Below, piece after piece: positions 1 to 8,491 of a stretch of 64,000 nucleotides of DNA. The notes under the pieces are model-generated. The model was not told the origin of the DNA and searched no databases. It saw only the letters and a list, made by a program, of their open reading frames with translations. Source of the DNA: Deltaproteobacteria bacterium (GTDB taxonomy: Bacteria; Myxococcota_A; UBA9160; UBA4427); contig NZHD01000051.1 in assembly GCA_002691205.1 (NCBI GenBank), positions 66,901 to 130,900 on the forward strand. The letters are read 5' to 3'. Position 1 is the stretch's first letter. Each line of letters opens with the position of its first letter. A program made the translations under genes and the position numbers.

Positions 1-816
1 GATGCTGGAGCGACGTTCGTCCGCTTCGGCTTTGGATTTCCGCTGGCGATTCTCTATTTGTTCGCCCTTCAGATCTGGACCGAACAGCCTCTTCCGTCAC
101 CAAACTTAAGATTCGGAATCGTGTTACTCACCGGAGGAAGTGCCCAGATTGTCGCGACATTCCTGCTGGTCCGGCTCTTCTCCCTCAGAAACTTTGCAGT
201 GGGAACGGCCTACTCAAAAACCGAGCCTCTCCAAGCCGCCGTCTTTGGACTCGTCATCCTCGGCGAAGGCCTCCCGATCAGCGGCGCGCTGGCCATCGCC
301 ACCAGTACGATTGGAGTCTGTCTAATCTCGGTGGCCCGAAGCGAATTTAGTCAAAAGGGGCTCCTCTCCGCCTTCGTCGGAAGGCCGGCTCTGATTGGGT
401 TGAGCTCGGGCGCACTGTTTGGTGTTTCAGCGGTCTCCTACCGCGCCGCATCCCTGTCGCTGGGAGGCGAAGGCTTTCTTCTGCCCGCCGCGTTTACTCT
501 CGCCTGCGTCACGGTTTTTCAGACGGCCATCATGACCGCTTACCTGTTCTGGTGGGAACCGGGTCAACTCACGGCCGTCATGAAGAACTGGAGGCCAGCG
601 CTCTGGGTCGGACTCGTGGGCGTCACCGCTTCAGCCGGTTGGTTCACTGCCATGACCCTGCAAAACGCCGCCTACGTCAGAGCCCTTGGTCAAGTCGAAC
701 TGATCTTTACATTCATGGTTTCTGTCTTCTATTTCCGAGAGCACGTCAACCGTCTTGAGATTATGGGTATCTTGGCCATCATGATTGGAATCGCCGCGTT
801 GATCCTGACACCTTAA
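1..816 (+). CDS. DMT/EamA-family membrane transporter (5' end outside window)
   Basis: Frame 1 is open from the window edge, so the TTG at 58 in the ORF track is probably internal. The sequence is hydrophobic, multi-TM and Gly/Ala/Leu-rich, with the duplicated EamA-like pattern (…VGTAYSKTEPLQAAVFGLVILGE…, …ALGQVELIFTFMVSVFYFRE…). Confidence 0.75.
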   Translation, partial: DAGATFVRFGFGFPLAILYLFALQIWTEQPLPSPNLRFGIVLLTGGSAQIVATFLLVRLFSLRNFAVGTAYSKTEPLQAAVFGLVILGEGLPISGALAIATSTIGVCLISVARSEFSQKGLLSAFVGRPALIGLSSGALFGVSAVSYRAASLSLGGEGFLLPAAFTLACVTVFQTAIMTAYLFWWEPGQLTAVMKNWRPALWVGLVGVTASAGWFTAMTLQNAAYVRALGQVELIFTFMVSVFYFREHVNRLEIMGILAIMIGIAALILTP

Positions 817-930
817 ACCCGCGTCCCTCGGCCCCAACAAAACGTACTCTTGGCTCAAAACACTTTTCAAGGGCGTAGCCGGCACGGGCTCAACCCTTCA
901 CTCAACCTCACTGACAACAGATGGATTTGC

Positions 931-2028
931 ATGGATACCGCAACACAAGCTCTCCTCGGTGCCGTCGTGGGCCAAGCGACCTTCAGCCACAAGCTAGGCG
1001 GCCGAGCTCTGGTTTTCGGAGCCCTGGGCGGATTGCTTCCAGATCTCGACGTGCTGGCCGTAGCGACTCACGGCCCTTTTGGTGAATTCGTACATCATCG
1101 CGGTTTTACGCATTCACTCTGGTTTGGCCCCGTGATCGGACCGCCCTTGGGCTGGCTCATCTGGCGCTACTACCGCTGGCGCGGTCAGACCAAGCCCGGC
1201 CAACCCGGCGATCCCAAGGTGCTCTCGGCTTGGATGGGACTCATGATTCTAGCGGTCCTAACACACCCTCTCATCGATATTTTCACCGCATATGGGACGC
1301 AGTTGCTGGCCCCCTTCTCCAACCACAGAACGGCCCTCAATGCGGTGGGCATTATCGATTTTATTTATTCAGGTCTCTTGGTTCTCGGATTAGGGGTCGG
1401 CTTCTTTTTGCGAAAACAGCCGACGCCTAGGCGGATCGTCGCCTGGGCAGCTCTGATTCTGTCGTGGAGCTATATGGGCTATGGATACCTTCTCAACGAA
1501 CAAGCTCAAGACACTCTCGAAGCTGAATTTCGCGTGCAAGGTCATTCTGACGTTCTCGTACGGACCTATCCCACTCTTCTGTTTCCTTACTTACGTCGAG
1601 CTGTGGTGCGCACCGGTGACGAGATTTGGGTGGGCCTCTACACGCCCCTCGGTGGCGGAGCGAGCCACGGAGAGCGTTTTAAGGTTTCACCGCCTCATCC
1701 CCTAGTGGATCAGCTCAAGTCTACGCCCGAGGGCCAAATTTTTGAATGGTTCGCTCTCGGTCAAACTCATGCCCGATTAATTCCGACACCCTACGGCACG
1801 GCTGTTGAAATTGACGATCTTCGATACGGCTTTCCAGGTCGCCCCGAGCGTGGAATGTGGGGCATCCGCGGGGGATACAATCGAACCGGCGAATTAGTGG
1901 AGCCGGTCCGTCGGATTCGGAGCGGAGGTCCGCGCGCCCTCTCACTGGATGCCCTTTGGAGGGCCATGTGGGGCTCTCCTGAAATTTTATTTCCGAACGA
2001 TGAGAATGACCCCTTGGGCGAGGACTAG
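931..2028 (+). CDS. membrane-bound metal-dependent hydrolase, YdjM/DUF457 family
   Basis: First in-frame ATG of ORF 850..2028. N-terminus MDTATQALLGAVVGQA…LLPDLD…HRGFTHSLW matches the DUF457 signature. TM segments follow. Confidence 0.75.
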   Translation: MDTATQALLGAVVGQATFSHKLGGRALVFGALGGLLPDLDVLAVATHGPFGEFVHHRGFTHSLWFGPVIGPPLGWLIWRYYRWRGQTKPGQPGDPKVLSAWMGLMILAVLTHPLIDIFTAYGTQLLAPFSNHRTALNAVGIIDFIYSGLLVLGLGVGFFLRKQPTPRRIVAWAALILSWSYMGYGYLLNEQAQDTLEAEFRVQGHSDVLVRTYPTLLFPYLRRAVVRTGDEIWVGLYTPLGGGASHGERFKVSPPHPLVDQLKSTPEGQIFEWFALGQTHARLIPTPYGTAVEIDDLRYGFPGRPERGMWGIRGGYNRTGELVEPVRRIRSGGPRALSLDALWRAMWGSPEILFPNDENDPLGED

Positions 2029-2042
2029 TTCTTCTCATCGAG

Positions 2043-2801
2043 TCAACCGATCTTTCGAATCACGGGAGCCCTTCTACGTTTTCCGGAGGAACGTTCACAT
2101 TCCTGAGAAGCATAGTGGGCCGAAATTGCGCGACGAAAACCCGAACTCTGATTCCGACCGCTTCCGTGAACGAGCAAAGGGTGAATCAAGACAGTGTCAC
2201 CTGGAGACATTTCCAAATGCACACGCTGCGTAAGCGCCACGTCACGAATCGAAAAAAAACCTCGATTTGTATATTCCCAGTCAGGCAAACCATGGTCAAG
2301 CAGCCCTTCACGATGACTCCCCGGCACGACGGCCAAGCAGCCATTTTCTCGGGTGGTCGGACTCATGGCCGTCCAAGTCCCAACGATATTTTCAGCGGGC
2401 CTCAGTGCGAAGTAGCGTAAATCCTGATGCAACGGATGCCGACCGTCGACTCCCGGAGGTTTATTGAAAACGTTTGTGCTGATCGTCATCACATCCGAGC
2501 CAATTAAACTTCTCACCAAAGCCAACAACGTCTCATTTAGTGCATACGCAAAGAGAATCTCATCCTCTTCAAAACTCAAAATTTTATTCACACCGTGAAG
2601 CAGTGTCTCCGGCTCGACGATTCCCTTGGCGACCATCACATCGCGCATCACCACAAGATCTTCGCCATGAGGCGCCTGACCTGAAACCAGGGCTAGAAAA
2701 CGAGCCTCAAAGCTCGCCAGTGCATCGGGATCAAAGAGCCCCCGCAACAAAATGAAACCATCCTGCTGATAGGTCTCGTGCTGATCTTGAGAAAGTCCCA
2801 T
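2043..2801 (-). CDS. phytanoyl-CoA dioxygenase (PhyH) family Fe(II)/2-oxoglutarate oxygenase
   Basis: 252-aa ORF. Motifs YQQDGFILLRGLF, HPLHQDLRYF (His-x-Asp of the facial triad) and LVHGSGRNQS are typical of PhyH. Confidence 0.85.
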   Translation of the reverse strand: MGLSQDQHETYQQDGFILLRGLFDPDALASFEARFLALVSGQAPHGEDLVVMRDVMVAKGIVEPETLLHGVNKILSFEEDEILFAYALNETLLALVRSLIGSDVMTISTNVFNKPPGVDGRHPLHQDLRYFALRPAENIVGTWTAMSPTTRENGCLAVVPGSHREGLLDHGLPDWEYTNRGFFSIRDVALTQRVHLEMSPGDTVLIHPLLVHGSGRNQSSGFRRAISAHYASQECERSSGKRRRAPVIRKIG

Positions 2802-2889
2802 TTCCCAATCAAAGCAAAATTAAAGACAAAGGCCCACTTGAGTTATGAGAGTAGACAGAGAGCGCCCTCACAATGGTATGCTTTGAACA

Positions 2890-3603
2890 ATGTCCACAAG
2901 CCAGCCCCCTCTACACCCCTTTGTGCTCTGTCTCTCAGACTCAGGTCTATCGGCCTTTGCTTTTATGATCTCATGTTTCATCTTCGCTCTCTCTTTCGCT
3001 CAGCCGCTGCAAGCTGACTCCGGATTGCCTCCAGAGCGCCCAATCCGACCGGGAACCCCTCCCCCTCCACAGGTCGAAAAAGAACGCGTCGTGAGCTCGT
3101 CTCAGAGCTTCGCTTTGAGCTTTCCAAATAAAGACTGGGCCGTCTTGTCGGACCCCGATGAAAATCAAGAGGAAATTTTTGAGCTCAGACTGCAGCACCG
3201 AAATGGCGAGGCTTTTATCCACGGACGCACAGGAAAACGCGATCCGCGTGGAATCAAGGGGTCGCTCATCGATGAGTCGCGTCAAGCAAAATATCTTTTG
3301 GAATACGATCCTGAAACCGTAGAGTCAGTGATCTCTCAAGAAGACTACACGGGGTCGGCTCTCTTCTGCGGCCGGAGGCGTCAAGGGCCAGCCCGACGTG
3401 CCTGCGTTCTCGTGGCCGTCGCTCTCAACGGTCGAAGTGTGGTTAAAATCCATGCCCTCATTGATGCGGACACACCCCGGGCTCGGAACCAACTCCAAGC
3501 CGAAGTCGAGGACATCTTCCAGAGCCTGGAACGGCTCAAGCAAGACGATGTATGGACCCTGCCCGAGGCCCCTCAGGCTCAAGGTGAAGAAGAACCCGCG
3601 TAA
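2890..3603 (+). CDS. hypothetical exported protein
   Basis: ORF with an internal signal-peptide-like segment MISCFIFALSFAQPLQA/DS (alternative ATG at 2965), then a Pro-rich linker. No recognisable domain and no clear SD at either start. Confidence 0.5.
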   Translation: MSTSQPPLHPFVLCLSDSGLSAFAFMISCFIFALSFAQPLQADSGLPPERPIRPGTPPPPQVEKERVVSSSQSFALSFPNKDWAVLSDPDENQEEIFELRLQHRNGEAFIHGRTGKRDPRGIKGSLIDESRQAKYLLEYDPETVESVISQEDYTGSALFCGRRRQGPARRACVLVAVALNGRSVVKIHALIDADTPRARNQLQAEVEDIFQSLERLKQDDVWTLPEAPQAQGEEEPA

Positions 3604-3640
3604 GCGCCGCCGCGACCCGTCCAAGAGCGAAAAATCGGGA

Positions 3641-4546
3641 TTAGCGCCCGTCGAGATGAGCGCGCAGCGCCTCAATGTGAGCCGGGCGTGTCGAACAGCA
3701 TCCGCCCACAATGGTGGCCCCCGCATCCAGCCACTGGGTCACTTCGCCGAGGTACTCGTCGACATCGAGCTGACGTTTCGCCACTTCCTCGGGTTCGGGA
3801 ACGGGGGCCTCATCGGCGGCCTCGATCACTTCGGCCGCGTTGGCATAGCCACCGATCCGCTTCGCATTCAGTCCAGCCAGAATGGGGACCGCTCGAGTCA
3901 CAAAATTAGCCCCGCAGCAGTTCACCATAATGGCCTCAAGATCAAACTCAGCCACGGCTTCGAACGCCTCCGGAATGGTCTCACCGCTCGGAAGTTTGTC
4001 AGGCCGATCTCCCTGAAGGGTCCAACTCAGCCAAACAGGCAGATCGGATTCACAAGCCGCTTCCACCGCGGCCCGTGCTTCCCGCGCGCAGGACATGGTT
4101 TCGCAGAGCAACACGTCGACACCCCGAGAAAGCTCTTTCACCATTTCGCGGTAGTCGCGAAGCAAGGTCGCATCGTCTAAGACAAGACCCGGTCGATAAC
4201 TCGTCTCAAGGGGCGGGACCGAACCTGCAATCAAAACCGGCCTAGAGGCCTTGTCTCTGGATTTCTGAGCAAGCTCCACGGCCGTTTCGGTCAAGGAGAC
4301 AAAGCGATCCCCCATGCCCTCGCGATCAAGCAAAGGCCGAGTCACCGCATAGTTGTTGACGGTAATCACATCCGCCCCGGCATCGATATAGGCGTCGTGA
4401 ACCTCGGTCACTCTTTCCGGATCATCGACAAGAGCCTGGGCAGACCAAATCGAAGTAATGTGATCGAGAACTCGAACACCTCGCGCCCGAAGCTCCGTTC
4501 CCATCCCCCCGTCTAAAAGAAGGACATTCTTCTCCAGTTTCGCCAC
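3641..4546 (-). CDS. mmuM: homocysteine S-methyltransferase family protein
   Basis: N-terminal LLLDGGMGTEL and C-terminal GGCCSTRPAHI (Zn-ligand Cys pair) match the Hcy-binding domain. GTG start is preceded by AAGGAG 5 nt upstream. Confidence 0.88.
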   Translation of the reverse strand: MAKLEKNVLLLDGGMGTELRARGVRVLDHITSIWSAQALVDDPERVTEVHDAYIDAGADVITVNNYAVTRPLLDREGMGDRFVSLTETAVELAQKSRDKASRPVLIAGSVPPLETSYRPGLVLDDATLLRDYREMVKELSRGVDVLLCETMSCAREARAAVEAACESDLPVWLSWTLQGDRPDKLPSGETIPEAFEAVAEFDLEAIMVNCCGANFVTRAVPILAGLNAKRIGGYANAAEVIEAADEAPVPEPEEVAKRQLDVDEYLGEVTQWLDAGATIVGGCCSTRPAHIEALRAHLDGR

Positions 4547-4607
4547 GAGTTCTCCTTTAAGAGTCCGCAGGTCCTACTCTCTCCTGAAGAGAGCAAAAGT
4601 ACGCCGA

Positions 4608-4682
4608 TGGCATCCCCAACGGGACTCGAACCCGTGTCGCCGGCTTGAAAGGCCGGTGTCCTAACCACTAGACGATGGGGAC
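4608..4682 (-). tRNA. tRNA-Glu (anticodon UUC)
   Basis: Reverse complement reads GTCCCCATCGTCTAGTGGTTAGGACACCGGCCTTTCAAGCCGGCGACACGGGTTCGAGTCCCGTTGGGGATGCCA. Acceptor stem GTCCCCA/TGGGGAT. Anticodon stem CCGGC/GCCGG with loop CTTTCAA (TTC). T-arm ACGGG-TTCGAGT-CCCGT. CCA is encoded. Confidence 0.95.
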
Positions 4683-5160
4683 GCGGATCGGCGCGGAGGT
4701 TGATATAGCACTCTCCACCGGCATGTCGCTCACCGAAGACGTCAAATGAGCTAAATCTCGTCAAAAATGGACCCAAAAAACGCTGTTTTTCTCAAAAACA
4801 ACCCTCATCTGCCCAGAGATCATACATGCGTAGTCGTCTTGGACGTCATTCGGCCCCCTCCAGCGTCAAGCCCACCTCGCAGACCACATGCTCGAGCATC
4901 ATGTCGATGAGGCCCGTCGCCCGGGTCTCCAGACTCCGTTGCTGAACCCGTTTATCGAACTCGGCCCTCGCCCCTCACCCGCTCCCCCCTTTGAATTTTC
5001 CCTCTCAATCAATCCCTGTCCAAAGAAGTCAGGCCCGGGAGGCTCCGAAACCAGGCAGAGTCATGTGAGACGCGCGCCAAGCCGAGAGCTCACTCAAGAT
5101 CCCGAAAAAAAGCGCGTCCCACAAAATCCCAACCTGTTTTTAAGGCGATAGACTCAGGCC

Positions 5161-6090
5161 ATGTCAGACCGCCAGATACAGATCGAACGGGCGCAAAATT
5201 TATGGTCCAGTTTCACTCGAAGCATGGAGCCCATGGCCCGGGCCACAACGATGACCTCCGACCCCAAGCAATCCTTTGACGGAATCGGCGGGCTCACCAC
5301 CGCCAAAGATGAGATGCTGACCTACGCCTACGCGGCCACACGGCCTGAGACGTACGCCAAATGGGGCACTTTTCCTCCTTCCGGCGTGCTTTTAATCGGA
5401 GCTTCGGGATGCGGGAAACGCATGCTGGCCACCGCACTCGCCACACAGACCGCCACCTCGTTTGTTCGGGTGGACGTGCCCAAGTTGGTGGTCGATATGG
5501 TCCATTCCAACGGAAAAGCCGCCGAATTTGTGCAGAAATGGGGACAGATTCTAGAAGAAACCCCTCAACTCACCCTTTTCTTCGATGAGCTCGAATTTTC
5601 TCAAGCCCATGATTTAGGAGGGCCGCGTCCCGACCTCCCGCTGGGTCCGATTATGGACTTCCTCCTTGAACTCATTGACTCCGCCATCGCCAGTGGACGC
5701 CACTTAGTGATCGGCTCCACCGCCTACCCCGACGTGGTTCGTCAAGCTTTCGCGCGACCTGGACGTCTGGAACGCTTCGTTGAGGTGACGCCGATTTTCC
5801 CAGACGACGTGGTCACTGCGCTTGAAATTCACTCAAATCTGGCCGAAGCCCGTGCGGGACATCCTCTTTTTGAGTCCATTGACTGGAAGCACGTCCTGAA
5901 ACAATCCGAAGATACGGGCACAGGAGACTGGGTTCGGATTTTACATGCGGTTCTTCGACGAAAGGCTCGCATCGAGGCCGGTGGGGATCAACCGGATTTA
6001 ATCTCCACCGCTGACCTCACCTCGGAAACGGCCCGCTTCAATCAAGCTCGCCGGCGCATCAAGCTCCCCGGCGGCGGCAACTACGTCTAA
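5161..6090 (+). CDS. stand-alone classic-clade AAA+ ATPase domain protein
   Basis: SFDGIGGLTTAKDEM pre-sensor motif, Walker A GASGCGKRMLA, Walker B LFFDELE, and second region of homology GSTAYPDVVRQAFARPGRLERFVEV. No fused protease or substrate domain. Confidence 0.8.
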   Translation: MSDRQIQIERAQNLWSSFTRSMEPMARATTMTSDPKQSFDGIGGLTTAKDEMLTYAYAATRPETYAKWGTFPPSGVLLIGASGCGKRMLATALATQTATSFVRVDVPKLVVDMVHSNGKAAEFVQKWGQILEETPQLTLFFDELEFSQAHDLGGPRPDLPLGPIMDFLLELIDSAIASGRHLVIGSTAYPDVVRQAFARPGRLERFVEVTPIFPDDVVTALEIHSNLAEARAGHPLFESIDWKHVLKQSEDTGTGDWVRILHAVLRRKARIEAGGDQPDLISTADLTSETARFNQARRRIKLPGGGNYV

Positions 6091-6346
6091 GGAATGCCCC
6101 CGCAAGGGGCCCAGCCCCCCAACAGGCTAATGCGACCCCCACCTTCAGAGGGATCAGAAGCCATATGGGCCCCCTCTTCCGGCACCTTGAAGCGTTGAGC
6201 CCTTCAAATCCGCCTTTTTTATCCCCCGGGTAAGTTTCTGACTTCGATTTCCACGTTCGGACTAACGCGTTTGGGCTTTTGGGCCGATAAGAGCGCCAGG
6301 GACGGCCCACAGACGGGTCTCCAGCAGATTAGTTCGGGGGAATTTC

Positions 6347-7474
6347 ATGAAGAATCACACTGTGCTGTTTGTCGATGACGAGGCCAATATTTTAAAGGCG
6401 CTCAAACGACTGCTCCGACACGAACCCTTTGAGGTTCTCACGGCAACCAGTGCCTCGGAAGCCCTTGAGCAACTCCAGCGATTCGACATTCAGGTCGTGA
6501 TTTCAGACCAACGCATGCCCGAGATGAGTGGAGCGGACTTTTTGTCTCGCATTCGAGAACGACATCCTGAAACCATCCGCATGATGCTCACTGGCTACAC
6601 GGAAATCGATGTCGCCGTCGAGGCCATCAACCGTGGCGAAATCTTCCGTTTAATTACGAAGCCCTGGAATGAAGACGAGCTCAAATCCTCACTCCGCCAA
6701 GCGATCGATCACTTCCAAATGAAACAAGAGATCAAACGCCTAAATCAGGTTTCACGCGAACAGAACTTCAAGCTACAAGACATGAATCGCAACCTTGAAG
6801 ATAAAGTTCGAGAGCGAACGCACCAAGTTGACCAGAAGAACCGAGACCTACGCAAAGGCTACATCCAAACCATTCGAGCCTTAGCCGAAGCCATCGATGC
6901 AAAAGACGCCTACACCCGGGGCCATTCGGAGCGGGTCGCCGTCTATGCTTCACGACTCGCTCGGGAGCTCAACCTTGACAAGAAGATGATCGAACGAGTC
7001 TATTTTTCAGGCCTTCTTCATGATGTCGGAAAAATTGGCATTCCTGACGCCATTATCAGTAAGCCCGCACGCTTAACCGAGATGGAATATGAAGAGATCA
7101 AGCGACACCCAGAGATCGGAGCCAAAATCCTGGAGCCGATTGAGTTCCTCTCGAATATCGCACCGTGCGTTCGCCATCACCACGAGTGGTTTGATGGATC
7201 GAGTCGAGGTTATCCAGACCGACTCGCAGGCAACAAGATCCCTCTGCCGTCTCGGATCATACTCGTCGCAGATACCGTTGAAGCCATGACAAGTGACAGG
7301 CCCTATCGAAAAGGCCTCCCCATGACCGTAGTCATTGATGAACTTGCCAAGTTTTCTGGTCGACAATTTGACCCCACCATTGTCGATGCATTCATGCGCT
7401 TGCTTGAGCAAGAGGGAGACGAGTTCCTATCTAAGGACGAGAAGTTTGACATTGACGCCTTCATCGACGGCTGA
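6347..7474 (+). CDS. two-component response regulator with HD-GYP domain (putative c-di-GMP phosphodiesterase, RpfG-like)
   Basis: N-terminal REC domain (VLFVDDE…, phospho-acceptor context VISDQRMPEMSG, …KPW). Coiled-coil linker. C-terminal HDVGKIGIP … HHEWFDGSSRGYP signature of HD-GYP. Confidence 0.9.
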   Translation: MKNHTVLFVDDEANILKALKRLLRHEPFEVLTATSASEALEQLQRFDIQVVISDQRMPEMSGADFLSRIRERHPETIRMMLTGYTEIDVAVEAINRGEIFRLITKPWNEDELKSSLRQAIDHFQMKQEIKRLNQVSREQNFKLQDMNRNLEDKVRERTHQVDQKNRDLRKGYIQTIRALAEAIDAKDAYTRGHSERVAVYASRLARELNLDKKMIERVYFSGLLHDVGKIGIPDAIISKPARLTEMEYEEIKRHPEIGAKILEPIEFLSNIAPCVRHHHEWFDGSSRGYPDRLAGNKIPLPSRIILVADTVEAMTSDRPYRKGLPMTVVIDELAKFSGRQFDPTIVDAFMRLLEQEGDEFLSKDEKFDIDAFIDG

Positions 7475-7495
7475 ATTCCCTGTGGAGCCAAGAGC

Positions 7496-8491
7496 ATGCA
7501 TACGAACCCAAAATCTAAGAATCCGAATCCAATCAGTGAAGCGCCTCTTGAACTCGAGGACCTAGGTCTGGGGCCAGACTCTGTCCTCATGAATGATCCC
7601 AAGCTGCTCCATGAGCGTTCATTTCTAGGCCTACTCATGGCCGAACTGGACCAAGAACTCGGCGCGGAATCCAGCCAAAAGGCCCTCTTCCGAATCGGAG
7701 CCTGTCATGGCCTGCGAGACGCCCGAAACGTCTGGCAGGTCCCGGACATATGCGAGGGCGACCGCAGTTCAAACACCGATAGAAAAATACCGCATCTCGA
7801 TATGCGCCTTCTGCCTGACTCTAAAAAACAGAATCCTTCTGAATATCGGGGACTCTGGCCGGATCATCATGAAGCTCATGCAAGACTTGAAAAAATCTCA
7901 AAGAGCGAACGCCCAAGCTGTTTTATGAGCGTGGGGTATACCTCAGGGTGGCTTTCGGGCGCTTACGGACGCGACTTTGTCGTCACTGAAGAATCCTGCC
8001 TCGCCGCCGGAGATGCTTCATGTTCCTTTCATGCCGTGGCTTCACCTCATCAAGAAGATTCAAAAGCTTCTCCCGCCCCCCTGATCTCAAAGGTCCCTTC
8101 GGTGGAGTCCTCTTCGAACACTTATCCGAGTCCGGCCAAAGACGCCATCCACATCTGGGGCCCCGTCATGGTGCTCCCCTGCTCGGATCCGACAGAATCT
8201 CTCTTTACACTTCAGAAGCTTCTGGAGGACAACAGCCTAAATGAAATCCGAGTCATCCTACTGGATTTAAAAAACACCTTAATGACCTTCGGGGCAACCG
8301 TTCATCCCATCGAAGATGTCTTTGATGCCATTGGCTTTTGGGGACCAGAAATCATCTTGACCGGAGTCAGCCCGGAAACAAGACGCAATCTAAAGCCAGC
8401 CAATCGTCCCCTTTTGATTGGTCCAAATCGCCTTCGTGAAGCCATCGCTATGGCCTTTCAAGTTGCCGAAGCCGGCCTGCATGCAGCCTGA
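7496..8491 (+). CDS. XylR_N/V4R-like ligand-sensor domain fused to RsbR-type STAS domain
   Basis: LFRIGACHGLRDA plus SVGYTSGWLSGAYGRDFVVTEESCLAAGDASCSFHAV match the XylR/DmpR A-domain and the V4R Cys pattern. C-terminal IHIWGPVMVLPCSD…IRVILLDLKN…ILTGVSPETRRNL resembles RsbR-type STAS. GGAG 12 nt upstream of the ATG. Confidence 0.65.
   Translation: MHTNPKSKNPNPISEAPLELEDLGLGPDSVLMNDPKLLHERSFLGLLMAELDQELGAESSQKALFRIGACHGLRDARNVWQVPDICEGDRSSNTDRKIPHLDMRLLPDSKKQNPSEYRGLWPDHHEAHARLEKISKSERPSCFMSVGYTSGWLSGAYGRDFVVTEESCLAAGDASCSFHAVASPHQEDSKASPAPLISKVPSVESSSNTYPSPAKDAIHIWGPVMVLPCSDPTESLFTLQKLLEDNSLNEIRVILLDLKNTLMTFGATVHPIEDVFDAIGFWGPEIILTGVSPETRRNLKPANRPLLIGPNRLREAIAMAFQVAEAGLHAA

Noticed and set aside
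3398-4180. 260-aa ORF on the plus strand antisense to the homocysteine methyltransferase gene.
   Set aside because: Arg/Pro/Ser-rich low-complexity translation with no SD, fully nested opposite a gene with strong family motifs. This is a typical antisense open frame in GC-rich DNA.
2043-4682. Possibility that the genes on the 3' side of tRNA-Glu (PhyH, exported protein, mmuM) form an integrated island.
   Set aside because: No integrase, no visible direct repeat of the tRNA 3' end, no obvious compositional break. The gene content is metabolic rather than mobile.
4513-4776. 87-aa minus-strand ORF spanning the tRNA-Glu gene.
   Set aside because: It reads straight through a canonical tRNA cloverleaf, so it is spurious.
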